A stretch of 64,000 nt of DNA from Bacillota bacterium (GCA_049323895.1 JBMOKT010000013.1:402266-466265); one strand, 5' to 3'. Shown: positions 1 through 8,690, counted from the first letter of the stretch. The notes: a model not told the origin generated them from the letters alone. Translations and numbers: made by a program.

Positions 1-393
1 CATAGTAAGCAAAAAACCACAGGGACTTCCAGTATAGGTTATTGAATCCCCCTTGATAATCGCTGAACCATGCCATGCAGGTGTAAGCTTGACTCTTCCA
101 AAATCGAATTGATAAGAGCCTCCTATATGCATGGGATGCACCTGGGCACCCTGATTTTGGCAAAAAAGGGCAAGCTCGTTGGGTGCTATAATAATAGCAC
201 CTGTATTTTTGGCAATTGTTAAGCTGTCACCAAGATGGTCTCCGTGGCCATGGGTTACTAAAATAGCATCCGCTTCAATTTCTTCTGCCTTTAAGGTGGC
301 CAAAGGGTTTCCCGTTAAAAAAGGGTCAATAATTACCTTATATCCATTGCTTTCAAAAGAAAAACAGGCATGACCAAGAAATCTGATTTTCAT
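1..393 (-). CDS. MBL-fold metal-dependent hydrolase (UPF0173/YtkL-like), C-terminus cut by window edge
   Basis: Missing from the ORF track because it is open at the edge. Own translation from ATG 393-391: MKIRFLGHACFSFESNGYKVIIDPFLTGNP...DAILVTHGHGDHLGD (HxHxDH motif). GGAGG lies 8 nt upstream. Confidence 0.75.
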   Translation of the reverse strand, partial: MKIRFLGHACFSFESNGYKVIIDPFLTGNPLATLKAEEIEADAILVTHGHGDHLGDSLTIAKNTGAIIIAPNELALFCQNQGAQVHPMHIGGSYQFDFGRVKLTPAWHGSAIIKGDSITYTGSPCGFLLTM

Positions 394-489
394 ATGTAAA
401 GCCTCCTTTTAACATACAAAGAACATTACCTTATATTATAAGTTAAGGAGGTTTATTGGTCAATAATTACAAATATGTACAAGATTAGT

Positions 490-687
490 CTATTCTGTTT
501 GATTTTTTTCTTCGATGGTAGCCTCCAATGTTTCTTTCCATTGCTCGAAAATCCTCTGTTTTCTATTTTTTTTCTCTTTTCTGATAAACTCCTCTAGAAA
601 ATACAACTGATTAGTTTCTAGTTCCCGGATCTGCTGTTTAATTGCTTCAATCTGTTCATCCTCATATATTAACTTAATTAGCACCAA
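490..687 (-). CDS. small hypothetical protein, highly charged/coiled-coil-like (65 aa)
   Basis: ORF track. TTG start with GAAGGAG 6 nt upstream. No family recognised. Confidence 0.35.
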   Translation of the reverse strand: MVLIKLIYEDEQIEAIKQQIRELETNQLYFLEEFIRKEKKNRKQRIFEQWKETLEATIEEKNQTE

Positions 688-740
688 GTTTCGCTCCTTC
701 TCCCTGAATTTTAAAAGGCTACTTTCTACAATTCCACATA

Positions 741-772
741 AAAAGCAAAAAGCCTTTAGTTAATTAAAGGCT
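741..772 (-). terminator. intrinsic terminator downstream of comM
   Basis: Minus strand AGCCTTTA-ATTAAC-TAAAGGCT hairpin followed by TTTTGCTTTT. Confidence 0.6.
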
Positions 773-812
773 CTTATGTTAATAATTATACTGAATTATA
801 AAATTTTCCTGA

Positions 813-2342
813 TTACTCCCAGACCTGCCTGTCTAAGGACCTATACTGTACAGCCTCGGCTAAATGGGAAATCTGAATATTTTCCTCTCCTTCTAAATCA
901 GCTATTGTACGCGCCACCTTCAGTATCCGGTCATGGGATCTGGCGCTCAAACCTAAGCTATGAAATGCCTCTTCTAAGATAGCTTTTCCTCCTTTATCCA
1001 GCTTACAGTATTTTTTTACATCCTGGGGTTTCATTTCGGAATTGGTAATAATACCTTCTTTTTTAAAGCGCGCATACTGGATACCCCTAGCCCTCTCAAC
1101 CCGCTGCCTGATGGAGGAACTGCTTTCGGCTTCACTTTCATTTTGCAGTTCTGTGAAGTTTAGCCTGGGAATCTCTAAATGGATATCTATCCTATCTAAT
1201 AGGGGTCCAGAAATTTTATTGCGGTATTTTTGGACCTGATAGGGTGTACAGGTACATTCCTTTAAGCTGTCACCATGAAATCCACAGGGACAAGGATTAA
1301 GTGCGGCAACTAAGATAAAGTTAGCAGGATATGTAAGCTGTGCCGCCACCCTTGCTACAGTAACCTTGCCTTCTTCTAATGGTTGACGCAAACACTCCAA
1401 AACATCCTTGTTAAACTCCGGCAGCTCATCCATAAATAATACTCCATGATAGCTAAGGCTGACTTCCCCGGGACCAGGCACCCTCCCCCCGCCAATAATA
1501 CTGGCGGCAGATGCACTGTGGTGTGGTGCCCTAAAAGGTCGTTTATTTATTACTGGCTGCGAACTGGGTAAAAGACCGGCAATGCTATATATCTTAGTAA
1601 TATCAAGGCATTCTTCAAAAGTCAATTCAGGCATAATTCCCGGTAAACATCTGGCTAGCATGGTTTTTCCTGAGCCAGGTGAACCAACCATAATAACATT
1701 ATGGTTCCCTGCGGCAGCAATTTCCAAAGCCCTTTTTGCCTCTTGATGTGCCTTAACATTCTTAAAGTCATTTTCTATGGCAGCCTGGGAATTCAAAAGC
1801 TGCTTTAAATCAGGAGTAGATACAGGTTGATATTTTCCTGGTGAAGTTAAGAAGGCTACTACCTCCCATAATGTATCAAAGGCAAAAGTTTCCGTTGCTC
1901 CGATAGCTCCTTCCTCTCCATTTTCTTTTGGTACTACTAATTTAACAGATTGTTTGCTTTTTGCTAAGGAAATGGGAAGTACACCATTAATTTTACGCAG
2001 CCTTCCATCCAGACCAAGCTCACCCACAGCAATATAATCTTTTAAAAGGTCTGCCTCCAGTTGATTGGTAGCAGCAAGAATAGCTAAGGCTATAGGCAAA
2101 TCAAAACTTGGTCCTTCCTTTTTTATATGAGCTGGGGCTAAATTTACTACAATCCGGCGGGGCGGAAAATCGAACCCTGAGTTTTTTATGGCCGATCTTA
2201 CCCGTTCTTTACTTTCCTTAACAGCAGTATCAGGCAAGCCGACAATGTCCCATGCAGGCAGACCTCCGCTGGCATCTACTTCAATTTCAATATCATATAC
2301 CGACAGACCCATCAAACTGCAGCTATTCACACTGGCTAACAT
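813..2342 (-). CDS. comM: YifB/ComM family ATPase (Mg-chelatase-like, Lon-protease-like N-domain)
   Basis: 509-aa ORF. N-terminal ChlI/Lon-like domain, Walker A GSPGSGKT, C-terminal Mg-chelatase subunit ChlI-like tail. Confidence 0.9.
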   Translation of the reverse strand: MLASVNSCSLMGLSVYDIEIEVDASGGLPAWDIVGLPDTAVKESKERVRSAIKNSGFDFPPRRIVVNLAPAHIKKEGPSFDLPIALAILAATNQLEADLLKDYIAVGELGLDGRLRKINGVLPISLAKSKQSVKLVVPKENGEEGAIGATETFAFDTLWEVVAFLTSPGKYQPVSTPDLKQLLNSQAAIENDFKNVKAHQEAKRALEIAAAGNHNVIMVGSPGSGKTMLARCLPGIMPELTFEECLDITKIYSIAGLLPSSQPVINKRPFRAPHHSASAASIIGGGRVPGPGEVSLSYHGVLFMDELPEFNKDVLECLRQPLEEGKVTVARVAAQLTYPANFILVAALNPCPCGFHGDSLKECTCTPYQVQKYRNKISGPLLDRIDIHLEIPRLNFTELQNESEAESSSSIRQRVERARGIQYARFKKEGIITNSEMKPQDVKKYCKLDKGGKAILEEAFHSLGLSARSHDRILKVARTIADLEGEENIQISHLAEAVQYRSLDRQVWE

Positions 2343-2452
2343 AAGACCTCCACAAAAAAATTCTAATACTTATTTATATTAGAATTTTACAAATATCGGC
2401 AATATCCTTTTTTTATATTTAATTTTAGATTAAAAAAGCAAGGAAGCAGCAG

Positions 2453-3613
2453 TCACTGCGCTTCCCACTCACCCCTGATAAAGTCCAAAATAGATGACCC
2501 TATAGGCGGACAGCCTATGCAGTATTTTTTACCCTGGGCATTAGTACCTGCACAATTACCGATGAGATATACGTCCTCTTTAGAGGAGTCTTCATAACTC
2601 AGGTCCCTTCCTGTAGCGATAGTAAACTTAAAGTTCTGATGAAATTTATTGCCGTGGGTTTTCAGAAACATCATGGCTGCGGCGCTGCACGCACTGCATG
2701 AGCCTTTTTCCAGCAAACTAATATTTGGATACATATTAGGCAATTTTGATAAATCAGAGGGAATAAATTTTTTACTGTACTTTAAATAATCATCGGGCTC
2801 AACATTAATATTGTCACTGGCGGCAGTACCGCAATGCTCCTGAACAAGATTGATATGTGATATGGAATCAGACGGCATTCCCATTAGCATTACACCCACA
2901 TAATCAACTGCCGTCGGGTCTTTGCCGGCAATAACCAAATCCAAGTCTATCCTAGTACCTGCACTAGGTCCAAAACCTTCCATACAGGAAGTTCCATCTA
3001 TAACCGAATAGTGGGGCAAAAGCACCGAAGCCATGTCGGCAATGCCCCAATCCAAGCACCGCCCTTTTGCAGTATCGGGACAAGGTTTATTAATATAATG
3101 CAGCTTAGTTTTTTCCCTTTTATGAAGACAACCTTTCATGTTCTTAATGCTTAGTGTGGCACCTGTATACATATGGGTTTTCATAACTGGTACAGAAATT
3201 ACGTAATCTACTTCAAATACCAAAGAGGAAAACTTCAAATTGCTAACCATTGTTCCATAACTGATCTCTTTTATAACAGGGTCATATTGGTCTAAATTTA
3301 CCATTATAGCCCCTTCCTCCTGGCAAACCTTGGCAATGCCAGCTGCATCCATAGCCTCCCATACATTGCTGCCTACTAATGCTCCATCACCAACAAATAT
3401 TTGAGTAGCTTCTTTTTCTTTAAAAAACCTGATTAGTCCCCTCAGAACTTCCGGATTTGTACATAGTCCTGATTTAGCAGGACCTATGCGTCCCGCGTTA
3501 GGCTTTAAAAGTATTTGTTTGCCTCTGGCATCATCAATAAAAACACTCCCTATAGCATCATAAGCCATAAGATGAGGTTCATATCCATGGTTTACTTTAA
3601 CAAAAGAACTCAT
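2453..3613 (-). CDS. DUF362 domain protein (putative Fe-S protein, function unknown)
   Basis: 386-aa ORF. N-terminal ...ILLKPNAG... core typical of DUF362 and Cys-rich C-terminus (CSACS, CIGCPP). RBS AAGGAAAAG upstream. Confidence 0.6.
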   Translation of the reverse strand: MSSFVKVNHGYEPHLMAYDAIGSVFIDDARGKQILLKPNAGRIGPAKSGLCTNPEVLRGLIRFFKEKEATQIFVGDGALVGSNVWEAMDAAGIAKVCQEEGAIMVNLDQYDPVIKEISYGTMVSNLKFSSLVFEVDYVISVPVMKTHMYTGATLSIKNMKGCLHKREKTKLHYINKPCPDTAKGRCLDWGIADMASVLLPHYSVIDGTSCMEGFGPSAGTRIDLDLVIAGKDPTAVDYVGVMLMGMPSDSISHINLVQEHCGTAASDNINVEPDDYLKYSKKFIPSDLSKLPNMYPNISLLEKGSCSACSAAAMMFLKTHGNKFHQNFKFTIATGRDLSYEDSSKEDVYLIGNCAGTNAQGKKYCIGCPPIGSSILDFIRGEWEAQ

Positions 3614-3698
3614 CTTGCACTTTTCCTTTCCCTTTTTTAGGCCTCCACCCTAATTAGGATGAAGGCCCGCTAAACATTTGTCCTGCTACGCTTGGCTG

Positions 3699-4685
3699 CT
3701 ATAAAACACCCTTTTCTTTATAATACTTCTCAGCACCAGGATGTAAAGGAATTCCAGCTGTGTCTTTGACTGCGTTATTTATATCCATGTTCTTTACTAC
3801 CTTGTTGGTAGCTTTAATAGTATCAAGGTTTTCCCACATAACCTTAACTAGGTCATAGGCTACGTCATCAGGTACACTCTCATCGCACACCAACATAATT
3901 TGGATAGCAGTGGTAACTACTTCTTTATCTTGACCATCGTAAGTACCTGCAGGTATAACCGCTCTAATATACCAAGGGTATTTAGCTTTCAAACCGGCAA
4001 TGATATCCTCATCTATGCTGGCAATCATGCCGTCAGCAGTAGACAGAGCTTCAGACACCGCTGCTGTAGGAATACCTGCCATCATCATGAAACCATCTAT
4101 CTGCTTGTTTCGCATTAAATCTAAAGCCTCAGTTGGACCAACAAACTGAGCTTTAAAATCATCAGGGTATTTTAGACCAGCCTGTTCCACATGATTCTTA
4201 GTCTCAACTTCCATTGTACTGCCAGGTGCTCCTACTGCAAAGGTTTTACCCTTGATATCTTTAATAGTATTAAATCCTGTTCCTTTTCTAACAACAACCT
4301 GGTTGTAATTTGCATAAAGAGAAGTCAGTATCCTTACACCATCATAGGAACGGTCCTTAAAAGAGTTTATTCCCTGTTTCTGTTCAGTAATAATACTTGT
4401 AACAGCTACACTAATATGTGCTTCTTTATCTGCCAATAAATTCAGGTTTTGTACACCACCATTTGATGCTTCAGCAGAAACATTTACACCTTCTATTTTG
4501 TTATTCCAAAGGTTAGCCAGGGCTGAACCCAAAGGGTATACTGCACCGGTAGTACTGGCTGTCGGGAAATTAAGATTAATTTTCTCCTTCTTTACTGGAG
4601 CAGCCTCCTCCTGTTTTGGCGAACATCCAGTAATCAAGCTAACAAATAAAAAAACTACTAATAATAAAACTGCTACTTTTTTCAT
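3699..4685 (-). CDS. TAXI-family TRAP transporter solute-binding lipoprotein
   Basis: 328-aa ORF. Lipobox LITGC and TASTTGAVYPLGSALA motif typical of TAXI receptors. Confidence 0.85.
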   Translation of the reverse strand: MKKVAVLLLVVFLFVSLITGCSPKQEEAAPVKKEKINLNFPTASTTGAVYPLGSALANLWNNKIEGVNVSAEASNGGVQNLNLLADKEAHISVAVTSIITEQKQGINSFKDRSYDGVRILTSLYANYNQVVVRKGTGFNTIKDIKGKTFAVGAPGSTMEVETKNHVEQAGLKYPDDFKAQFVGPTEALDLMRNKQIDGFMMMAGIPTAAVSEALSTADGMIASIDEDIIAGLKAKYPWYIRAVIPAGTYDGQDKEVVTTAIQIMLVCDESVPDDVAYDLVKVMWENLDTIKATNKVVKNMDINNAVKDTAGIPLHPGAEKYYKEKGVL

Positions 4686-4770
4686 TTTTTCTCCTCCTTT
4701 TATTATTTAAGGTAGTATTGAGCTATAGCATAAAGCAGCCTATACACCTCAATTTTTTATAGTGTCCTTA

Positions 4771-6795
4771 CTATCCCATTAAGGGAATTTCCTTGTTCTT
4801 TTCTTTTTTAAGTGTATAGATATGGTAAGCAAGGAGTATAATCAGCAAGGCAATGCCATAGATATCAGTGACCCCAGACGGGTCTACAAATAAATAAGCT
4901 ATGGCAATGGCCAAAATTCTTTCCGACCAGCTGCACCTTTTCACCAACCATCCTTCAAGACCTGCGGCAAGAGCTATAATTCCAACTGTGGCAGTTAAAA
5001 ACGTTCTAATTATTTCAATTGTTGCCGTACCTTCAGGCGCAGACCCAATCAGTAGAATTGGGTCAGTTAGGAAGAAAAACGGCAGAATAAACCCTGTTAG
5101 ACCAAGTTTAACAGCAAGCAAAGAAGTAATGTTCTGATTAGAATTTGCAATACCTGCCGCCACATAGGAGGACATTGCTACAGGGGGTGTAATATTGGAA
5201 AGGCAGGCATAAATCAAACAAAACATATGGGCGGCAATGGGCAAAGCTCCTACTTCAATTAAAACAGGTACTGCCACCGCTGTAACAATAACATACGCTG
5301 CAACACCAGGAACACCCATCCCTAGAATTGTGCTCATAATCATTACCAATAGGCCGCCTTTAATTAATTCTCCTTCACCGACGAATTTTAGAATTATATA
5401 ACCAAACTTTAATCCTAAACCTGTCAGAGAAACTGTCCCTACTATTACCCCAATAATTACACAGGCTATACCTACACTTACTGCACCTCGCGCACCTTCT
5501 TCACAAGCCACCACAATATCTCTCAGATACATCCTGGTTTCTTTGCGGAACCAAGAACACACTACTGCTGCCAGTATAGAAAATATAGCAGCATATAAAG
5601 GTGTATATCCCATAAACATAATTATCAATAATGTAAAGAGCGGCAAGATTAGATAACCCTTTTCCTTCAAAACTTTAAGGCCATCAGGAATATTTTCTTT
5701 AGCAATCCCTTTAAGGCCTAATTTCTTAGCTTCAAAATGAACGGCAGTTATTAAACCAACGTAATATAGAAAAGCAGGTATTATGGCGGCCAACATAACT
5801 GCAGTATAAGATATACCTAAGAACTCTGCCATGATAAAACCGACTGCCCCCATTACAGGTGGTGCAAACTGCCCCCCAGTTGAGGCTACCGCCTCAACTG
5901 CACCGGCAAATTCAGCCCTGTAGCCTGTTTTCTTCATTAAGGGTATGGTAATGGCACCGGTTGTAGCCACATTTGCCAAAGCACTGCCATTAATCATCCC
6001 TAATAAGGCACTAGCTATGACAGAAACTTTAGCCGGTCCACCAGAGGAACGACCTACCAAAGCCAGGGAAATATCATTTATTACGCTGCTGAAACCACTA
6101 TGTTTTAAAAAAGACCCGAACAGAATAAAGACGAATATGTAGGTAGCAGAGACGCCAATTCCAACTCCGAAAATTCCCTGGCTGCCCCAGAACATATGCC
6201 CCATCAAACGTTTTAATGAAAAACCGCTATGACCCAAAGCTCCTGGAATATATTGACCAAATATACAATATAGCAGGAAAATTAATGCTAAATAAGCAAG
6301 ACTGCCACATGCTCTTTTTGCAGCTATAAACACTAAGATCACACCTGCTAAACCCAGATATGTTTCAAATTTTGAAACATAACCACCCTTTAAAGCGATT
6401 TCCTGATATTCCAGTATAAAATATCCAAAGACAAAAACTACCGACGCAATCAGAATATAATCTATTAGGGTAGGGCTATTGCTTTCAAGATTCTGCTTCC
6501 TCAACCCCGGATAAATTAAAAAACACAACAGTAGTAAAAAAGTAGCATGCCACCCCCGCAGCATCATAGCTTCCATTGTACCTATACTGGTTACATAAAG
6601 CTGAAAGACCACAAATACTACTGATATGATGGTAATAATCTTGGCCCAAAATCCAGTATAATTACGGATCCTGCTTTCTGTCTCCTTCTCTTCCAGTAGT
6701 TTCAGCGCCTTTTCTTCCATGATGCGCCGTTCTTCATCTGAAAGCATTTCTACTTCTCCGGAAAGTATGTGGTCTTTGTATTTTGTCATTTTCAT
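4771..6795 (-). CDS. TRAP transporter fused permease (TAXI-type DctQ/DctM fusion)
   Basis: 674-aa polytopic membrane ORF next to the TAXI receptor. Second ATG at 6789 has better spacing to GGGGGAGG. Confidence 0.85.
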   Translation of the reverse strand: MKMTKYKDHILSGEVEMLSDEERRIMEEKALKLLEEKETESRIRNYTGFWAKIITIISVVFVVFQLYVTSIGTMEAMMLRGWHATFLLLLCFLIYPGLRKQNLESNSPTLIDYILIASVVFVFGYFILEYQEIALKGGYVSKFETYLGLAGVILVFIAAKRACGSLAYLALIFLLYCIFGQYIPGALGHSGFSLKRLMGHMFWGSQGIFGVGIGVSATYIFVFILFGSFLKHSGFSSVINDISLALVGRSSGGPAKVSVIASALLGMINGSALANVATTGAITIPLMKKTGYRAEFAGAVEAVASTGGQFAPPVMGAVGFIMAEFLGISYTAVMLAAIIPAFLYYVGLITAVHFEAKKLGLKGIAKENIPDGLKVLKEKGYLILPLFTLLIIMFMGYTPLYAAIFSILAAVVCSWFRKETRMYLRDIVVACEEGARGAVSVGIACVIIGVIVGTVSLTGLGLKFGYIILKFVGEGELIKGGLLVMIMSTILGMGVPGVAAYVIVTAVAVPVLIEVGALPIAAHMFCLIYACLSNITPPVAMSSYVAAGIANSNQNITSLLAVKLGLTGFILPFFFLTDPILLIGSAPEGTATIEIIRTFLTATVGIIALAAGLEGWLVKRCSWSERILAIAIAYLFVDPSGVTDIYGIALLIILLAYHIYTLKKEKNKEIPLMG

Positions 6796-6835
6796 CCTCC
6801 CCCTTTAAATTTCATGAAGACCCTGAAAAAAAGGG

Positions 6836-6866
6836 TACAAAAAAGCACACACCAGTAGTATGTGCC
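6836..6866 (-). terminator. terminator-like hairpin inside the leader of the TAXI-TRAP operon (possible attenuator)
   Basis: Minus strand GCACAUAC-UACUG-GUGUGUGC followed by UUUUUUG, only about 40 nt before the permease RBS. A second small hairpin ACCCU-U7C-AGGGU follows. Confidence 0.4.
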
Positions 6867-6972
6867 AAAAAAAGCCACTGCCTACCATTCTTCCATCCTA
6901 CCTTTTAAATAAACCATTTACCCTCTTACAATGTAACAAAGTTCTACTATCCTACAACAAAAACATATTAAA

Positions 6973-7000
6973 ATCTTATCTATTTTTTAGAAAAAGTCAA
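6973..7000 (-). promoter_or_regulatory. putative sigma-A promoter of the TAXI-TRAP/DUF362 operon
   Basis: Minus strand TTGACT-N16-TAAGAT, about 180 nt upstream of the permease start. Confidence 0.35.
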
Positions 7001-7079
7001 GAGATTTAGAAATATAATTTTAATAATTCTAATTATAGAAAGAAATTTAACAATAGGATGATAATAAATATTTTCCTTA

Positions 7080-7925
7080 TTAAGATAGACGTGGATACGA
7101 TCCTAAAATTTTTAGTAATGCAGCTTTTTGGGAGAGGTTAGATAAAACCCTTTGTAACCTGCTCTCCACTATAGCTGCCTCACAATCAATAAAAAACAGA
7201 TAGTTTCCTAACTCTTTTTTTGTAGGACGTGATTCAATCTTGCTAAGGTTAATCTGCTCCCGAGCAAATTCACCTAAAGCTTCCGAAAGACCTCCAGGAC
7301 GATCCCTTTCCAAGGCCATAATCAAACTAGTTTTCGTATGGGGAAGGGAAAGGTACTTTCCTGACTCTTTTCCCACCAGGAAAAAACGAGTTTGATTTTT
7401 GGGATAATCACCAATATTTGCAGCTAAAATTGGAATCTTATAAATTTCATGGGCGTTTTGAGAGGCAATAGAAGCCCAACCCTTCCCTTGTTTTGCCATA
7501 TATAGCACAGCATCTGCAGAACTGTTTGCCTGGACTATTGTTGCATGGGGCAAATAGCGTTGGAGATAATGACGGCATTGTGCCAAGGCTTGGGGATGAG
7601 ACATAACCGTTTGTATATCCTCCAGACACCTCTCATGACTTAAGAGATGGTGTTCTATATCCAGGATTATTTCACCCAAGATATGTAGATTAACCTCATG
7701 CATCAGCATATCTAATGAGATGTTTACTGATCCTTCAATTGAGTTTTCGGCTGGTACCACACCTAAGGAAATCTCTCCTTCTTCTATTGCATTTAAGATA
7801 TGGGGTATGGTTTGAAAGGGTTTAATTTCCCAAGAACCCGGGTTTATTAGGTGCGTCAGAGACTTACATGCAGCCTGGTTAGTAAAAGTACCTTCTGGTC
7901 CAAGATAGGCAAGGACTTGATCCAT
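7080..7925 (-). CDS. pheA: prephenate dehydratase (PDT + ACT domains)
   Basis: ORF track 7080..8009. I place the start at ATG 7925 (MDQVLAYLGPEGTFT...) with AAGGAGGAG upstream. The upstream extension runs through the T-box terminator. TRF and ESRP motifs are present. Confidence 0.9.
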   Translation of the reverse strand: MDQVLAYLGPEGTFTNQAACKSLTHLINPGSWEIKPFQTIPHILNAIEEGEISLGVVPAENSIEGSVNISLDMLMHEVNLHILGEIILDIEHHLLSHERCLEDIQTVMSHPQALAQCRHYLQRYLPHATIVQANSSADAVLYMAKQGKGWASIASQNAHEIYKIPILAANIGDYPKNQTRFFLVGKESGKYLSLPHTKTSLIMALERDRPGGLSEALGEFAREQINLSKIESRPTKKELGNYLFFIDCEAAIVESRLQRVLSNLSQKAALLKILGSYPRLS

Positions 7926-7948
7926 AATAAACTCCTCCTTTACAAAAT

Positions 7949-8225
7949 AAAAAAACCACAGTCTTAAGCCCCTGAAAAGGGACGAAAACTGTGGATTCCG
8001 CGATACCACCCTTATTGGTTCATAAAATGAACCCTCTCAAAAGGGTACGCAGCAATAATGCATTCCATACCCCCTTCCTTTTAACGGTGGAAGTTTCCGG
8101 CAAAGACTACCTACCTTTCGGTCTCACCCTTGCAGTTTGGAAGGGAACTTCAATTGCTTAAAGCCTAAGAGTGCTTGCAGTCACGACACTCTCTCCCTGT
8201 AGACTCTAAAAACAACCTACTTTTC
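7949..8225 (-). promoter_or_regulatory. T-box riboswitch leader of pheA
   Basis: Minus strand contains AAUAAGGGUGGUAUCGCGG (T-box consensus AAUUAGGGUGGUACCGCG). A terminator follows: CCACAGU...ACUGUGG + U7 (7949-7994). AGAGAG bulge-like motif near the 5' end. Confidence 0.8.
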
Positions 8226-8261
8226 TTCCGCATCACTTTTATGCATAATATCTTTTAAAAT

Positions 8262-8290
8262 ATTATATTAAGGAATTGTTATTATTACAA
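8262..8290 (-). promoter_or_regulatory. sigma-A promoter for the pheA T-box leader
   Basis: Minus strand TTGTAA-N17-TATAAT. Confidence 0.5.
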
Positions 8291-8314
8291 GTACCTTTTT
8301 AAAAAATAGAAAAG

Positions 8315-8482
8315 CTAATTACCCTCTTTTTCTTTCTCTTGGTCTTTTAAATAACGAATTATTATTTTATCTAATTCTTTACTCCTTTTTAAAATACTTT
8401 CATATTCCAATCTATTTTCCTTTAACAACCTTTCTATTTCTTTTCTTTCTGTATGAACTTTATAAGAAAATTCCGAATCCAT
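8315..8482 (-). CDS. Spo0E-family sporulation regulatory phosphatase-like protein (55 aa)
   Basis: ORF track 8315..8500 (TTG). The better start is ATG 8482 (MDSEF...) with GGAGGG 8 nt upstream. ...RSKELDKIIIRYL matches the Spo0E SQELDxLI signature. Confidence 0.6.
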   Translation of the reverse strand: MDSEFSYKVHTERKEIERLLKENRLEYESILKRSKELDKIIIRYLKDQEKEKEGN

Positions 8483-8511
8483 TCCGTTTATACCCTCCAA
8501 TATAAAATAAA

Positions 8512-8640
8512 ATGAAAAAGACAGTCATATACCAGACTGCCAAAAAATCTTTAAAAGTTTATCGGCAACCTGGCAATCATAGCTTACGCCTTAGACCCAT
8601 GGCTTTGCGTCTCACTTTTTCAAGTGATTTGCCTTTTTCT
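8512..8640 (-). promoter_or_regulatory. c-di-GMP-I (GEMM-I) riboswitch with intrinsic-terminator expression platform
   Basis: Minus strand GGCAAAUCACUUGAAAAAGUGAGACGCAAAGCCAUGGGUCUAAGGCGUAAGCUAUGAUUGCCAGGUUGCCGA. It has a GAAA-capped hairpin, the GACGCAAAGCC core, a tetraloop-receptor-like UCUAAG/UAUGA pair and the GGUUGCCGA 3' strand. A terminator follows: GGCAGUC-N8-GACUGUC + U5 (8512-8541). Confidence 0.7.
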
Positions 8641-8655
8641 ATTTTTTCAATAACT

Positions 8656-8690
8656 ATTATATCGACAAAACTTGAATTGTTATGTCGATT
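8656..8690 (-). promoter_or_regulatory. promoter of the riboswitch/Spo0E-like unit, embedded in an inverted repeat
   Basis: Minus strand TATAAT (8661-8656) with weak -35 ATAACA at 16 nt. Inverted repeat ATCGACA-N15-TGTCGAT (8661-8689); each arm is 6/7 identical to the Spo0A box TGTCGAA. Confidence 0.4.

Noticed and set aside
2354-2384. Terminator between the DUF362 gene and comM (TTCTAATA-N8-TATTAGAA + U7 on the minus strand)
   Set aside because: The stem is almost pure A/T (one G-C pair). It lies directly against the comM RBS, leaving no room for a comM promoter. It is more likely part of the comM 5' UTR or fortuitous.
3640-3667. 11-bp hairpin (GGCCUUCAUCC/GGGUGGAGGCC) between the TAXI receptor and DUF362 genes as a terminator
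   Set aside because: On the coding (minus) strand it is followed by an A-run, not a U-run. It is probably an intercistronic stabiliser, if anything.
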